Shown: positions 27,215 through 36,313 of the stretch, piece after piece
Layout: each line of letters opens with the position of its first letter
Position numbering within the stretch: the stretch's first letter is position 1
NCBI GenBank assembly: GCA_035996605.1
Contig: DASYJJ010000093.1
Span: forward strand, 1 to 38,561
Length of the DNA stretch: 38,561 nt
Reading direction: 5' to 3'
DNA from: Rhodanobacteraceae bacterium
GTDB taxonomy: Bacteria; Pseudomonadota; Gammaproteobacteria; Xanthomonadales; Rhodanobacteraceae
The notes under the pieces: generated by a model
The model's input: the letters and a program-made list of their open reading frames with translations, nothing else
Database searches by the model: none
Told to the model about the DNA's origin: nothing
Position numbers and translations under genes: made by a program

Positions 27215-27250
27215 AAGCCGACGGGCAGGCCGAAGCCCGCCCGCCGGCTC
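27215..27250 (-). other. Stable RNA hairpin with cUUCGg tetraloop
   Basis: 16-bp stem with three G-U pairs that form only on the minus strand. Confidence 0.7.
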
Positions 27251-27275
27251 GGCGGGGCAAAAACGTGGAAGCGGA

Positions 27276-27761
27276 TCAGCCGCCGTCCGCCTGCGGTGCG
27301 CGACGGTGCTGGAACGGCCGTGCGGCGGCGAACTGGTCTGCGGTGACGGTGTCGGCACCGTTGCTCAGCCGATCGAAGTGCTGCATTTCCTTGGCCTCGA
27401 AGTCGGACTTGCTGACCTGGCCGCTGCCGGTCGTGTCGTAGCGGCGCACGAAGCCTTCGGCGCGCTTCTGCACGCGTTCGGCGGCGGCTTGCGAGCTGGC
27501 GACCTCGTCGGCGTCGACGACGCCGTCGCCGTTGCTGTCGAGCTTGGCGAAGCGGGTGTCGACCCACGCCTGGTACTCGGCGCGGCTGATCACGCCGTCG
27601 TGGTTGGCGTCGATCTTGTCGAAGAAGTGCTGACGCCATTCGGATTGCTTGGTGCCGGGCGCCGGAGTTGCGTCGCCGGTCGGAGCCGGCGCCGCGGCCC
27701 AAGCCGCGCCCGCGGCGAGGAGCACGGAAAGGGTCAGTGTGGTGAAAGCGATGTTGCGCAT
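27276..27761 (-). CDS. Secreted EF-hand protein
   Basis: Signal peptide ending AWA; DANHDGVISRAE, DSNGDGVVDADE, DTTGSGQVSKSD and a degenerate fourth loop. Confidence 0.9.
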   Translation of the reverse strand: MRNIAFTTLTLSVLLAAGAAWAAAPAPTGDATPAPGTKQSEWRQHFFDKIDANHDGVISRAEYQAWVDTRFAKLDSNGDGVVDADEVASSQAAAERVQKRAEGFVRRYDTTGSGQVSKSDFEAKEMQHFDRLSNGADTVTADQFAAARPFQHRRAPQADGG

Positions 27762-27862
27762 GGCAGGGTGCTCATGAAACGGCCACGTCGGCCGCACTCT
27801 CATGGAACGCCCAAGGCGCCCGTTTGCTGACCGTCAGCCTGCAAAGTTCGCGCAAATAGAGG

Positions 27863-28495
27863 TTAAGAGAGCTTGCGGAGCCAGCGCAGGAGCTTGGCCC
27901 AGTCGTCTTGGTGGGAGCGCACCACTTCGGAGTTGTAATCGAAGATGCTCTTGCCGAGCTCGGAAGCAAGCACGTAGCCCTGCGTATCGCGAAGTTCGGC
28001 GACGATCGGGAAAGGAAACGCCTTGATGCTGCCGATCGCCTGCTGCGAGGCGTTCGTCCAGGGTTTGAGCCGGTTGGCAACCAACGCGACCGGCACCTTG
28101 CCGCGCTTGATGCGCGGGAGTTCGGCAAGCTCAGTGAGGAAGGGTTCGGCCGCTTCCAGATCGATCGCGGACGGCAGGATCGGCACGATCACCGCGTCGA
28201 CATGGTCCAGGAACTCGCCGACCTCCGCGGAACGGATGCCGGCGGCAGAATCGATGACTACGCGCTGGGCATCCTCGGGCACGTGGCGCGCCCAATCGCG
28301 ACGCAGTCCCGAAAGGCCAAGCACCGCATTCGGCATGTCCGCGCGCTTCTCGGCCCAGCGCTGGCTCGAGCCCTGGCGGTCCGCGTCGACCAGCACCGTG
28401 TTCTTGCCTTCAACCGCGTAGTGCGCGGCAAGGTTGGTCGCGATCGTGGTCTTGCCCGCGCCGCCTTTCGAACTTGCCACCAGGATCTTCAGCAT
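27863..28495 (-). CDS. Short ParA-family ATPase (orphan)
   Basis: SKGGAGKTT, VDADRQGS, VVIDS; no parB adjacent. Confidence 0.92.
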   Translation of the reverse strand: MLKILVASSKGGAGKTTIATNLAAHYAVEGKNTVLVDADRQGSSQRWAEKRADMPNAVLGLSGLRRDWARHVPEDAQRVVIDSAAGIRSAEVGEFLDHVDAVIVPILPSAIDLEAAEPFLTELAELPRIKRGKVPVALVANRLKPWTNASQQAIGSIKAFPFPIVAELRDTQGYVLASELGKSIFDYNSEVVRSHQDDWAKLLRWLRKLS

Positions 28496-28615
28496 GTCGC
28501 CTCCCGTCGCTACGCGAAGTGGCGGAAGGTTACATGCCTTGCCGTGGCGGCGGAAGCGCGAAAACCGCGCGATGAGCCGATTTTTCGACTCGGGATTCCG
28601 GCCCGGGAATCCGAT

Positions 28616-29920
28616 CTACGGATTCGGTCGCGGCGCAGGCGGCGCCAGCGGCAATGTTTGCAGCAGCGCCGGCCGCGACGGCTGGCGATCGACCGGCAGT
28701 TCCAGCGTGCCCGCCTTGCCTGCTGCGACAAGCGCTGCGCGCTCGGTGCATCCCGGTGTCGTTCCGCATTGACGCTCGAGCTCGCGTCGTATCGCATCCG
28801 TTCTGGTTCCATTCCCGCTCACAGTTTTCGGCGTGGTTTTCGAAGTCGATCCCACGCCGCGTCCGGCCGCGAGCATCGCCGGATCATGCACGTCGATCCA
28901 AAGCAAGCCGTCGACGCCCGAACTTTCGTTCGCCCAAAGCACCTGCGTGACCGGGATGTCGGCTGTCGAAGGCAGCGGCTCGGTGAAGAGTTTGCGCTTG
29001 CTGACGCAGCTGAAGAGCGCAGTCAGATCGATGCGGTAGGCGATGTCCTGCTGCGGCGCCAGCAACGGCACGTCGAAACCGCAGTAATACGCCATGTCTT
29101 CGGCGTCGATATAGACGATTTCGGCACCGGGATAGAGAGCGCTCTGCGTGATCGGCCAACTGAAATGGTTGACTGCCGGATCGCCGGGCGGCACTGAGTT
29201 CTGGATGTTGTAGTGATACAGCGTGATGAAGATCGCCTTCGGCTTTGTTCCCCAATTCGCCAACGCCCACACATACGTGGCGAGCGTGGCCGGCTGCGTC
29301 GTGCCGACAATCGGTATCGGCGGAACGACTTGCCACAGGCGCGCACCGAACGACACCACCGACGGTTTGGCGCTCGAACTCGGTTGCAGATAGCCGAGCG
29401 GGCGGCCGCGATTTCCGCGATTGGAGAACTCGCCGAAGCCGAGGAACGGAATCCCGCCAAAAACCGGATTCGCATACGCGATGAAATCGAGCACGAGATT
29501 CGCGCGCCATTGCGTATCCGGTGGACTCTGACCGCGCAATGTTTCGAAACCCATCAGGCCGGCTCCGGCGGCCGCTCTCGGCAACGAGGCATCGGGCGGC
29601 CCCGGATTGTGCAGATCGGCGCGCGGCTCGTTGTTGAAGAGAACCGCCCAGTACGAATCGGGTTTCGCCGGACCCGTGCACGGATCGCAGCCGAGATTCT
29701 GTTGCCACGCGTTCGATTGCTGGAAAACCAGCCGCTCCGTTCTGCAATCGCCCCAAAGGCAGGTGCCGATCACGAGCGGATGCCCGGCGGTGCCGGTTTT
29801 CGGATCGACGTATTCGGTCTTGACGGCGGGCTTCTGGCGCATGCCCTGGTCGTGGAAGTCGGCGCGCGCAGGCACCGCGACGAGGACGCAAACGAATACA
29901 AGCGGAAGGCGTATGTGCAT
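28616..29920 (-). CDS. Hypothetical secreted protein
   Basis: 434 aa, signal peptide ending ARA, aromatic/Pro-rich, paired Cys. Confidence 0.75.
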   Translation of the reverse strand: MHIRLPLVFVCVLVAVPARADFHDQGMRQKPAVKTEYVDPKTGTAGHPLVIGTCLWGDCRTERLVFQQSNAWQQNLGCDPCTGPAKPDSYWAVLFNNEPRADLHNPGPPDASLPRAAAGAGLMGFETLRGQSPPDTQWRANLVLDFIAYANPVFGGIPFLGFGEFSNRGNRGRPLGYLQPSSSAKPSVVSFGARLWQVVPPIPIVGTTQPATLATYVWALANWGTKPKAIFITLYHYNIQNSVPPGDPAVNHFSWPITQSALYPGAEIVYIDAEDMAYYCGFDVPLLAPQQDIAYRIDLTALFSCVSKRKLFTEPLPSTADIPVTQVLWANESSGVDGLLWIDVHDPAMLAAGRGVGSTSKTTPKTVSGNGTRTDAIRRELERQCGTTPGCTERAALVAAGKAGTLELPVDRQPSRPALLQTLPLAPPAPRPNP

Positions 29921-30021
29921 GGTCGTTCCGTCTTCGCGCCGAAGCGGGAAACGACTTCGATTCTTGCGCTCCCGACGCGCAGCGGCAAGCGAACGCCGCC
30001 GTCATTCAGTCCAGCGGTACT

Positions 30022-31098
30022 TCAGCGCGATGCGGCTTGTGCAATTGATGCGTGTTCCGATGGTTGCCAGTCGGAAGGCGCCTCGGCCGACACGCCCTGG
30101 CGACGAAGAGCGCGCTGCAGGATGTCGTACTCGTCGTCCAGCTTCAGCCAATCGGTTGCGTACGCGTGCATCGCGAGCGGATCCTTCAGAGAATCGTCAG
30201 TTGCGGCCTCGTTGAACAAAACCCATTCGAGATTGCGGTGCAGCGCATGGTCTTCGCTACTGACTGCGTCGTCGCCAAGATTGCGCAACAGCACAAAACC
30301 TATTCTGCGGGCGAGCAGCGTCGTCGAGCGATACAGCATCAGGTGACCGATCGCCGAGCAGTCGACCGCGCGCGCCCTATTGCGGCTTGCTTCTGCGGAT
30401 GGTTTGCACGTTTGCACGAGCGTCTGATAGCCCGCCAGCGCGGTTGCCGCAGCTTTGGCCATGGCGGATACGAAGACCGCCGCATCCGCGTCTGTCGGGT
30501 TCGCGAACGTCCATTGCGGAAACGGATTGCGTTCGTAGATTTCGTACCACGCGCGCGCCGTATCGGCAAAGTGCTCGTCCGAACGCGTGCTCGCTGCCAT
30601 GTGCGCGAGCGCATCGTCGATCGCTGCCGACTCGTTGCGCTTCGATGCGAGCGCGAGTGTGAGCCCCCACACGGCCGCGTTGTCAGGTTCGAGTCGCGTC
30701 GCGTTCGCGACGATCGCGTCGACACGCGTGTCGTGGCCCGACCCGAGCAGGCGATTGGCGATCAGCCATTGCACCAGCGCATCGTCGCGAGCGCCCATCG
30801 CTGCGCGGAACAGCGGTTCGTCCTGCAGCGTCGGCGATCGATCGTCGGCGGGGAAAGCAGAGGCATCAAGCGCAGCGAGCGCGACATTTCTCGGCGTTCC
30901 GCTGGCGGCCAGCGTGCGGTGCAGGGAAGCCTGATAGGCTTTCCACGTAGCTTCCTGATCATCTGCGGCATTGATGCGTATGCCGACCGCGAGCTCGGCA
31001 TGTTGCGAACGACCGGACTCAGCCGTCGGCGGTCCGCCGAGTGCCGCCAGCGGAACGAAACCGCACACCAGAATCGTGGCTGCGACGCTGCGTTTCAT
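30022..31098 (-). CDS. Hypothetical secreted alpha-helical protein
   Basis: 358 aa, signal-like N-terminus, EPDNAAVW, GGGGA RBS. Confidence 0.78.
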   Translation of the reverse strand: MKRSVAATILVCGFVPLAALGGPPTAESGRSQHAELAVGIRINAADDQEATWKAYQASLHRTLAASGTPRNVALAALDASAFPADDRSPTLQDEPLFRAAMGARDDALVQWLIANRLLGSGHDTRVDAIVANATRLEPDNAAVWGLTLALASKRNESAAIDDALAHMAASTRSDEHFADTARAWYEIYERNPFPQWTFANPTDADAAVFVSAMAKAAATALAGYQTLVQTCKPSAEASRNRARAVDCSAIGHLMLYRSTTLLARRIGFVLLRNLGDDAVSSEDHALHRNLEWVLFNEAATDDSLKDPLAMHAYATDWLKLDDEYDILQRALRRQGVSAEAPSDWQPSEHASIAQAASR

Positions 31099-31150
31099 GG
31101 CCTTTTCCCCGCCATCGGACCGCGTCGCGCCAGTATATCAATCCACAGTT

Positions 31151-32848
31151 TCAGTATCCTGCGGCCTGTCCGTCTTTACGTCCTTCCGATGCACCAATGT
31201 ACGTGTGGTTCTTGGCATCCCACTCGATCGCCTGATAGCCGCCGTACGGACCGATCGCGAAGCGGACATCGTGGCCCTTCATCATCAGGCCGCGCACCGT
31301 TTCGTACGGGAAATCCGATTCGAGATCGACCCAGCCGCCCTTCGTCATCGGCTCGGCCTGCCCTTCGGGCGATGTCGAGCCTTCGTGCTGGATGCGCGGC
31401 GCGTCGCCGGCTTCCTGCAGGTTCATGCCGAAATCGATGAGGTTCATGACGATCTCGACGTGTCCCTGCGGCTGCATGTCGCCGCCCATCACACCGAAGC
31501 TGAGCCACGGCGCGCCGTCTTTGGTGATGAACGCCGGAATGATCGTGTGGAACGGACGCTTGCCCGGCTCGAACGTGTTGGCGTGGCCTTCCTTCAGCAC
31601 GAAAAGTTGGCCGCGATCCTGCAGGATGAAACCGAGGCCAGGCGGCGTCATGCCCGATCCCATGCCGCGGTAGTTCGACTGGATCAGCGAAACCATGTTG
31701 CCCCACTGGTCCGCCGTGGTCAGATAGATCGTATCGCCGCCGAGCTTGGGATCGCCGGGCTCGATCTTGTCGAGCGCGTGATCGGGACGGATCAGCTTGC
31801 GACGCTGTGCGGCGTACTCTTTCGAAATGAGCCAGTCGACCGGCGCCTTTGAAAAATCGGGATCGGCGTAGAACTTCGCGCGATCCTCATAGGCGAGCTT
31901 CTTGGCCTCCACGAAAAGGTGCACGTGCTCGGTGCTGCCGAATGGAATCTTCGAGAAATCGTAGCCTTCGAGAATGTTGAGCATCTGCAGCGCCGCGATG
32001 CCCTGGCCGTTTGGCGGCAGTTCCCAGACCTGGTAGCCGCGATACGTCGTCGACACGGGTTCGACCCATTCGCCCTTATGGCTTGCCATGTCCTCGTACG
32101 AGAGGAAACCGCCGTTCGCTTTCATGTAGTCGCCGATCGTGTGCGCGATCTTGCCCTTGTAGAACGCGTCGCGGCCTCCGTTCGCGATCGTCTCGAGCGT
32201 ATTGGCGAGATTGGGATTCTTCCAGATCTCGCCTTTTGCCGGCGCCTTGCCGTTGATGGTCATCTGCTCGGTGAAGCCGGGATATTTCGAGAGGCGCGCC
32301 ACCGAAAGATTCCAGTAGAACGCGATGAGCTCGGTCATCGGAAACCCTTCGCGCGCGTACTTGATCACCGGCGCGAGATCGTCTTTCATCGAAAGCTTGC
32401 CGAATTTGTCGTGCAGCGCGAACCAGCCGTCGACGCAGCCCGGTACGTTGACCGGCAGCGGGCCGAGCGCCGGGATTTCCTTGAGGCCGTTGTCCTGGAA
32501 ATACTTCAGCGACAACGATTTCGGCGAGCGGCCTGAACCGTTGTAGCCGTAGAGCTTCTTCGTCTTCGCGTCCCACACGATCGCGAAGAGATCGCCGCCG
32601 ACGCCGTTGGAAACCGGCTCCATGAGACCGAGCGCAGCGTTGGCCGCGATCGCTGCATCGACGGCCGTACCGCCTTTCTTCAGCACGTCCAGACCAATTT
32701 GCGTCGCCAGCGGATGCGATGTCGCGACCATGCCGTGCTGTGCGATCACTTCAGAGCGCGTGGCGAACGGCTTGCCGGTGACGCGGTCGCCCGCATTGGC
32801 GGCGAAACTGACGAGGGCAGTGCAGATGGCGATGGCGATTCGGCGCAT
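31151..32848 (-). CDS. ggt: Gamma-glutamyltransferase family, exported
   Basis: GGTAVDAAIA, GGDLFAIV, VPGCVDGW, nucleophile D-TIYLTTAD, PGKRPFHT, GRKDG. Confidence 0.93.
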   Translation of the reverse strand: MRRIAIAICTALVSFAANAGDRVTGKPFATRSEVIAQHGMVATSHPLATQIGLDVLKKGGTAVDAAIAANAALGLMEPVSNGVGGDLFAIVWDAKTKKLYGYNGSGRSPKSLSLKYFQDNGLKEIPALGPLPVNVPGCVDGWFALHDKFGKLSMKDDLAPVIKYAREGFPMTELIAFYWNLSVARLSKYPGFTEQMTINGKAPAKGEIWKNPNLANTLETIANGGRDAFYKGKIAHTIGDYMKANGGFLSYEDMASHKGEWVEPVSTTYRGYQVWELPPNGQGIAALQMLNILEGYDFSKIPFGSTEHVHLFVEAKKLAYEDRAKFYADPDFSKAPVDWLISKEYAAQRRKLIRPDHALDKIEPGDPKLGGDTIYLTTADQWGNMVSLIQSNYRGMGSGMTPPGLGFILQDRGQLFVLKEGHANTFEPGKRPFHTIIPAFITKDGAPWLSFGVMGGDMQPQGHVEIVMNLIDFGMNLQEAGDAPRIQHEGSTSPEGQAEPMTKGGWVDLESDFPYETVRGLMMKGHDVRFAIGPYGGYQAIEWDAKNHTYIGASEGRKDGQAAGY

Positions 32849-32954
32849 GGCGAGGTCCCTGGAAGACGTCACAAGCATACGATGATGCGCGCCGCACGCG
32901 CTTGAAAACAGTTTTGCGGGCAAGCGCGGATGCCGGAAAGAGCGACGCGACTTC

Positions 32955-33090
32955 GCCTCTCCCGCTCGCGGGAGAGGCCGCCCGTAAGGGCGGGCGAGGG
33001 GCGTTCGGAATGGTGCGCCTGGGTCGAAAGAAATGCGACGGCGAACCAAGCTGCCCTCACCCTAGCCCTCTCCCGCAAGCGGGAGAGGGG
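32955..33090. repeat. REP-like inverted doublet
   Basis: cctctcccgctcgcgggagagg and ccctcaccctagccctctcccgcaagcgggagaggg. Confidence 0.85.
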
Positions 33091-33099
33091 ATCGATGCC

Positions 33100-33972
33100 T
33101 CAATCGCCGAGCGACTCGCGAATGAATTCCGGCGATGCGAACGCGGCCTTGTGGATATCGGCGTTGTAGTAGCGCGTCTCGAACTGCTTGGTCGCGGCGC
33201 CGCGCTCGCGGAATCCGGAGAGATCCGCGCCTTTGCGCGCCATCGTGCAGCTCCACCAACCGGTCGGATAACACGGCTGCGGAAACGTAAGCGTGCGAAC
33301 GGCCTGAAAATCCGCGATGCGCATTGCCGCGCGCATCGATTTGATCAGATCCAGATGCACCAGCGGGGATTCGGACTGCTGCACCAGAATTCCGCTCGGC
33401 CGGAGCGCGCGGTAGCAGGTTTCGTAGAAATCCGCGTTGAAAAGGTCTTCGGCGGGGCCGACCGGATCGGTCGAATCGACGATCACGACATCGATCGACT
33501 CCGGCTCGCAATCCGCCATGTACTTGATGCCGTCGACGAAAAGAAGCTCGGCGCGCGGATCGCCGTTCGATTCGCACAACTCCGGAAAGTACTTCTCGGC
33601 AAGCCGCGTGACGCGCTCATCGATCTCGACCTGCACCGCGTGCTCGACTTCTTCGTGCTTGAGCACTTCGCGCAGCGTTCCGCAGTCGCCGCCGCCGATG
33701 ATGACGACGCGCTTCGCACGCGCGTGCGTGAACAATGCCGGGTGGGTCATCATTTCGTGATAGAGGAAATTGTCGCGCGTGGTCACCATCATGCAGCCAT
33801 CGATGACCATGAGCTTTCCCCAGTCGGTCGAGTCGTAGATCTCGATCGTCTGGAACGGCGTTTTCTCCGCGTGCAGGCGCGCCTTCACGCGAAAGCCGAT
33901 CGACGAGCCCGAGTGCAGGTGACGCTCGGTGAACCAGTCGTGTCCGGTGGCGTTTTCGTCGGCGGTGGTCAT
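33100..33972 (-). CDS. speE: Polyamine aminopropyltransferase (spermidine synthase)
   Basis: YHEMMTH, IIGGGDCG, VEID, IVDSTDPVGPA, QSESP. Confidence 0.95.
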   Translation of the reverse strand: MTTADENATGHDWFTERHLHSGSSIGFRVKARLHAEKTPFQTIEIYDSTDWGKLMVIDGCMMVTTRDNFLYHEMMTHPALFTHARAKRVVIIGGGDCGTLREVLKHEEVEHAVQVEIDERVTRLAEKYFPELCESNGDPRAELLFVDGIKYMADCEPESIDVVIVDSTDPVGPAEDLFNADFYETCYRALRPSGILVQQSESPLVHLDLIKSMRAAMRIADFQAVRTLTFPQPCYPTGWWSCTMARKGADLSGFRERGAATKQFETRYYNADIHKAAFASPEFIRESLGD

Positions 33973-34004
33973 CGCGGCTTCCTGCGGCGAACGGGCGGGC
34001 GCGG

Positions 34005-34181
34005 ATTGTACCGATTCCGCCTGACACGGACACGAACGCCGGCCATGGCAACCGGCCTGGCGCCGCGATGCGACAAACGGTCGTTGCCGCGCGCGGCGTC
34101 CGCTATATGGAGCACTCTTGCTTTCGATGCGGCGACGCCTCCGCTCCGAACGGTATTCCGAAACGCGCGGCTCGTTACAAT
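34005..34181. promoter_or_regulatory. Divergent -10 boxes (TACAAT) for speE and speA
   Basis: TACAAT on minus strand at 34005-34010 and on plus strand at 34176-34181. Confidence 0.5.
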
Positions 34182-34230
34182 ACGCGGCCGCAAGACAAGC
34201 GGCGCGAAGCCGCGGAACTGGAAGGACGAC

Positions 34231-36123
34231 GTGACCGAACACCACTGGAGCATCGACGACGCACGCCGCGCCTGGTCCATCGCGAACTGGGGCGAAGGCT
34301 ATTTCGACGTCGGCGACGATGGCGCGCTGCGCGTCCGCCCGCGGCGCGAAGACGGCGCCGAAATCGCGCTGCCCGACATCGTCGCGGCTGCCCATTCGCG
34401 CGGATTGCGGCTGCCGTTGCTGGTGCGCTTCAGCGACATCCTGCGCGATCGTCTGGCGCGTCTGCAGGCCGCTTTCGCCAAGGCCATGCGCGAGTGGGAT
34501 TATTCCGGCGGCTACACCGCGATCTATCCGATCAAGGTGAACCAGCAGAAAGGCGTTGCCGGCGAGCTTGCTTCGAACGCCGACGAAGGCTTCGGCCTCG
34601 AAGCGGGATCCAAGCCCGAGCTGATGGCGGTTCTCGCGCTCGCGCGACCCGGCAGCGTCGTCATCTGCAACGGTTACAAGGACCGCGAATACGTGCGCCT
34701 CGCGCTGATCGGGCGCAAGCTCGGTCTTGAAATCTACATCGTCATCGAGAAGCCCTCCGAACTTGCACACGTCCTGACTGAAGCACGCGCGCTCGATGTC
34801 GAACCGCTGCTCGGCGTGCGCATGCGGCTTGCCAGCCTTGGCGCCGGCAAATGGCAGAACACCGGCGGCGACAAGGGCAAATTCGGACTGACGCCACGGC
34901 AGCTGCTCGATCTGCTCGCTGGTCTTAAAGACGCCAAGCTCTCGCACGCACTCAAGCTTCTGCACTTCCACATGGGCTCGCAGATGTCGAACGTGCGCGA
35001 CATCGCCGGCGGCATGCGCGAAGCCGTTCGCTATGTCGTCGAGCTCGCAAAAAGCGGCATCGGCATCGACTACGTCGACGTCGGCGGCGGCCTCGGCATC
35101 GACTACGAAGGCACGCGTTCGCGATCGGACTGCTCGATCAACTACGGGCTCGAGCAATACGCGGCGACAATCGTGCAGCCTCTCGCCGAAGCCGTAGAGG
35201 AACACGGATTCAAGCCGCCGCGCGTGCTGACGGAATCCGGCCGCGCGCTGACCGCGCATCACGCCGTGCTCGTCGTCAATGTCAGCGAAGTCGAGGAAGC
35301 GCCGCGCGGACGCATTCCGCAAACGCGCGACGACGAGCCGCTCGTGCTGCGTCATCTGCGCGAAATCCACGACGAAATCAACGTGCGTCCGCCGACTGAG
35401 CTCTACCACGAGGCGCAATACCGCTTGAGCGAAGGCCATTCTCTATACGCACTCGGACAGCTTGGGCTTGCCGACCGCGCGCGCCTCGATGATCTCTACT
35501 ACGCAATCCTCAACGCCGTGCGGCCGCGCCTGAAAGCCGACGAGCCACCGCACCGGCAGGTGCTCGACGAGCTGAATCAGAAACTCGTCGACAAGTACAT
35601 CGTCAACTTTTCGGTGTTCGAATCGGTGCCGGACGTATGGGCGATCGATCAGGTATTCCCGATCGTGCCGATCGCCGGACTCGACCGTAGGCCCGACCGG
35701 CGCGGCGTGATTGCCGACCTCACCTGCGATTCCGATGGGCGCATCGACCAGTACGTGGATTCGGACGGCGTCGACGTCAGTCTGCCGCTGCACGCGCTGC
35801 GCGAAGGCGAACCGTACCGGCTCGGTATTTTCCTGGTCGGCGCGTATCAGGAAACGCTGGGCGACATCCACAATCTCTTCGGCGACACCGACGCTGTAAA
35901 CGTACGCGTCACCGCCGACGGCGGCTACGAGTTCGCGCATGTGAAGCGTGGCGACAATGCCGACGTGATGCTCGATTACGTCGGCTACGATCTCGCTGCG
36001 CTGCGCGCGTCGTATCGCGACAAGATTGCGCTCGCCGGAATTGGAGGAGCGGAAGCAGCGCGTATCGAGGCGATGCTCGAGGCGGGTTTGACGGCGTACA
36101 CGTATCTTGCGGAGAGTCCGTGA
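34231..36123 (+). CDS. speA: Biosynthetic arginine decarboxylase
   Basis: YPIKVNQ, EAGSKPEL, HFHMGSQ, DVGGGLG, ESGRA, TCDSDG, HNLFG; GAAGGA RBS before GTG. Confidence 0.96.
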   Translation: MTEHHWSIDDARRAWSIANWGEGYFDVGDDGALRVRPRREDGAEIALPDIVAAAHSRGLRLPLLVRFSDILRDRLARLQAAFAKAMREWDYSGGYTAIYPIKVNQQKGVAGELASNADEGFGLEAGSKPELMAVLALARPGSVVICNGYKDREYVRLALIGRKLGLEIYIVIEKPSELAHVLTEARALDVEPLLGVRMRLASLGAGKWQNTGGDKGKFGLTPRQLLDLLAGLKDAKLSHALKLLHFHMGSQMSNVRDIAGGMREAVRYVVELAKSGIGIDYVDVGGGLGIDYEGTRSRSDCSINYGLEQYAATIVQPLAEAVEEHGFKPPRVLTESGRALTAHHAVLVVNVSEVEEAPRGRIPQTRDDEPLVLRHLREIHDEINVRPPTELYHEAQYRLSEGHSLYALGQLGLADRARLDDLYYAILNAVRPRLKADEPPHRQVLDELNQKLVDKYIVNFSVFESVPDVWAIDQVFPIVPIAGLDRRPDRRGVIADLTCDSDGRIDQYVDSDGVDVSLPLHALREGEPYRLGIFLVGAYQETLGDIHNLFGDTDAVNVRVTADGGYEFAHVKRGDNADVMLDYVGYDLAALRASYRDKIALAGIGGAEAARIEAMLEAGLTAYTYLAESP

Positions 36124-36140
36124 CTCACTCTCTATCCCCG

Positions 36141-36264
36141 CTCCGCTCGCGGGAGAGGGCAGGGTGAGGGCAAGCGTGGTTCGCGGCTTAATCGCGTCAT
36201 GAAACGCGCCACTCCTATGTCCCCACCCGCGCTCCGCGCGGCCTCTCCCGCGAGCGGGAGAGGC
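36141..36264. repeat. REP-like inverted doublet
   Basis: cgctcgcgggagagggcagggtgaggg and gcctctcccgcgagcgggagaggc. Confidence 0.8.
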
Positions 36265-36313
36265 GCTGAACACTTCGCCCATCCATAGAAACTTTTTGCA
36301 TGAGCAATTTCCC

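Noticed and set aside
27863-28495. ParA as a sign of plasmid or prophage
   Set aside because: No parB, rep, integrase or phage genes; housekeeping context.
33973-34230. Riboswitch or sRNA between speE and speA
   Set aside because: No recognisable aptamer; explained by divergent promoters. An Rfam scan would settle it.
32902-35439. Apparent 1073-aa SpeA and 779-aa SpeE with long N-extensions
   Set aside because: Extensions are each other's antisense frames; RBS-supported starts are 34231 and 33972.
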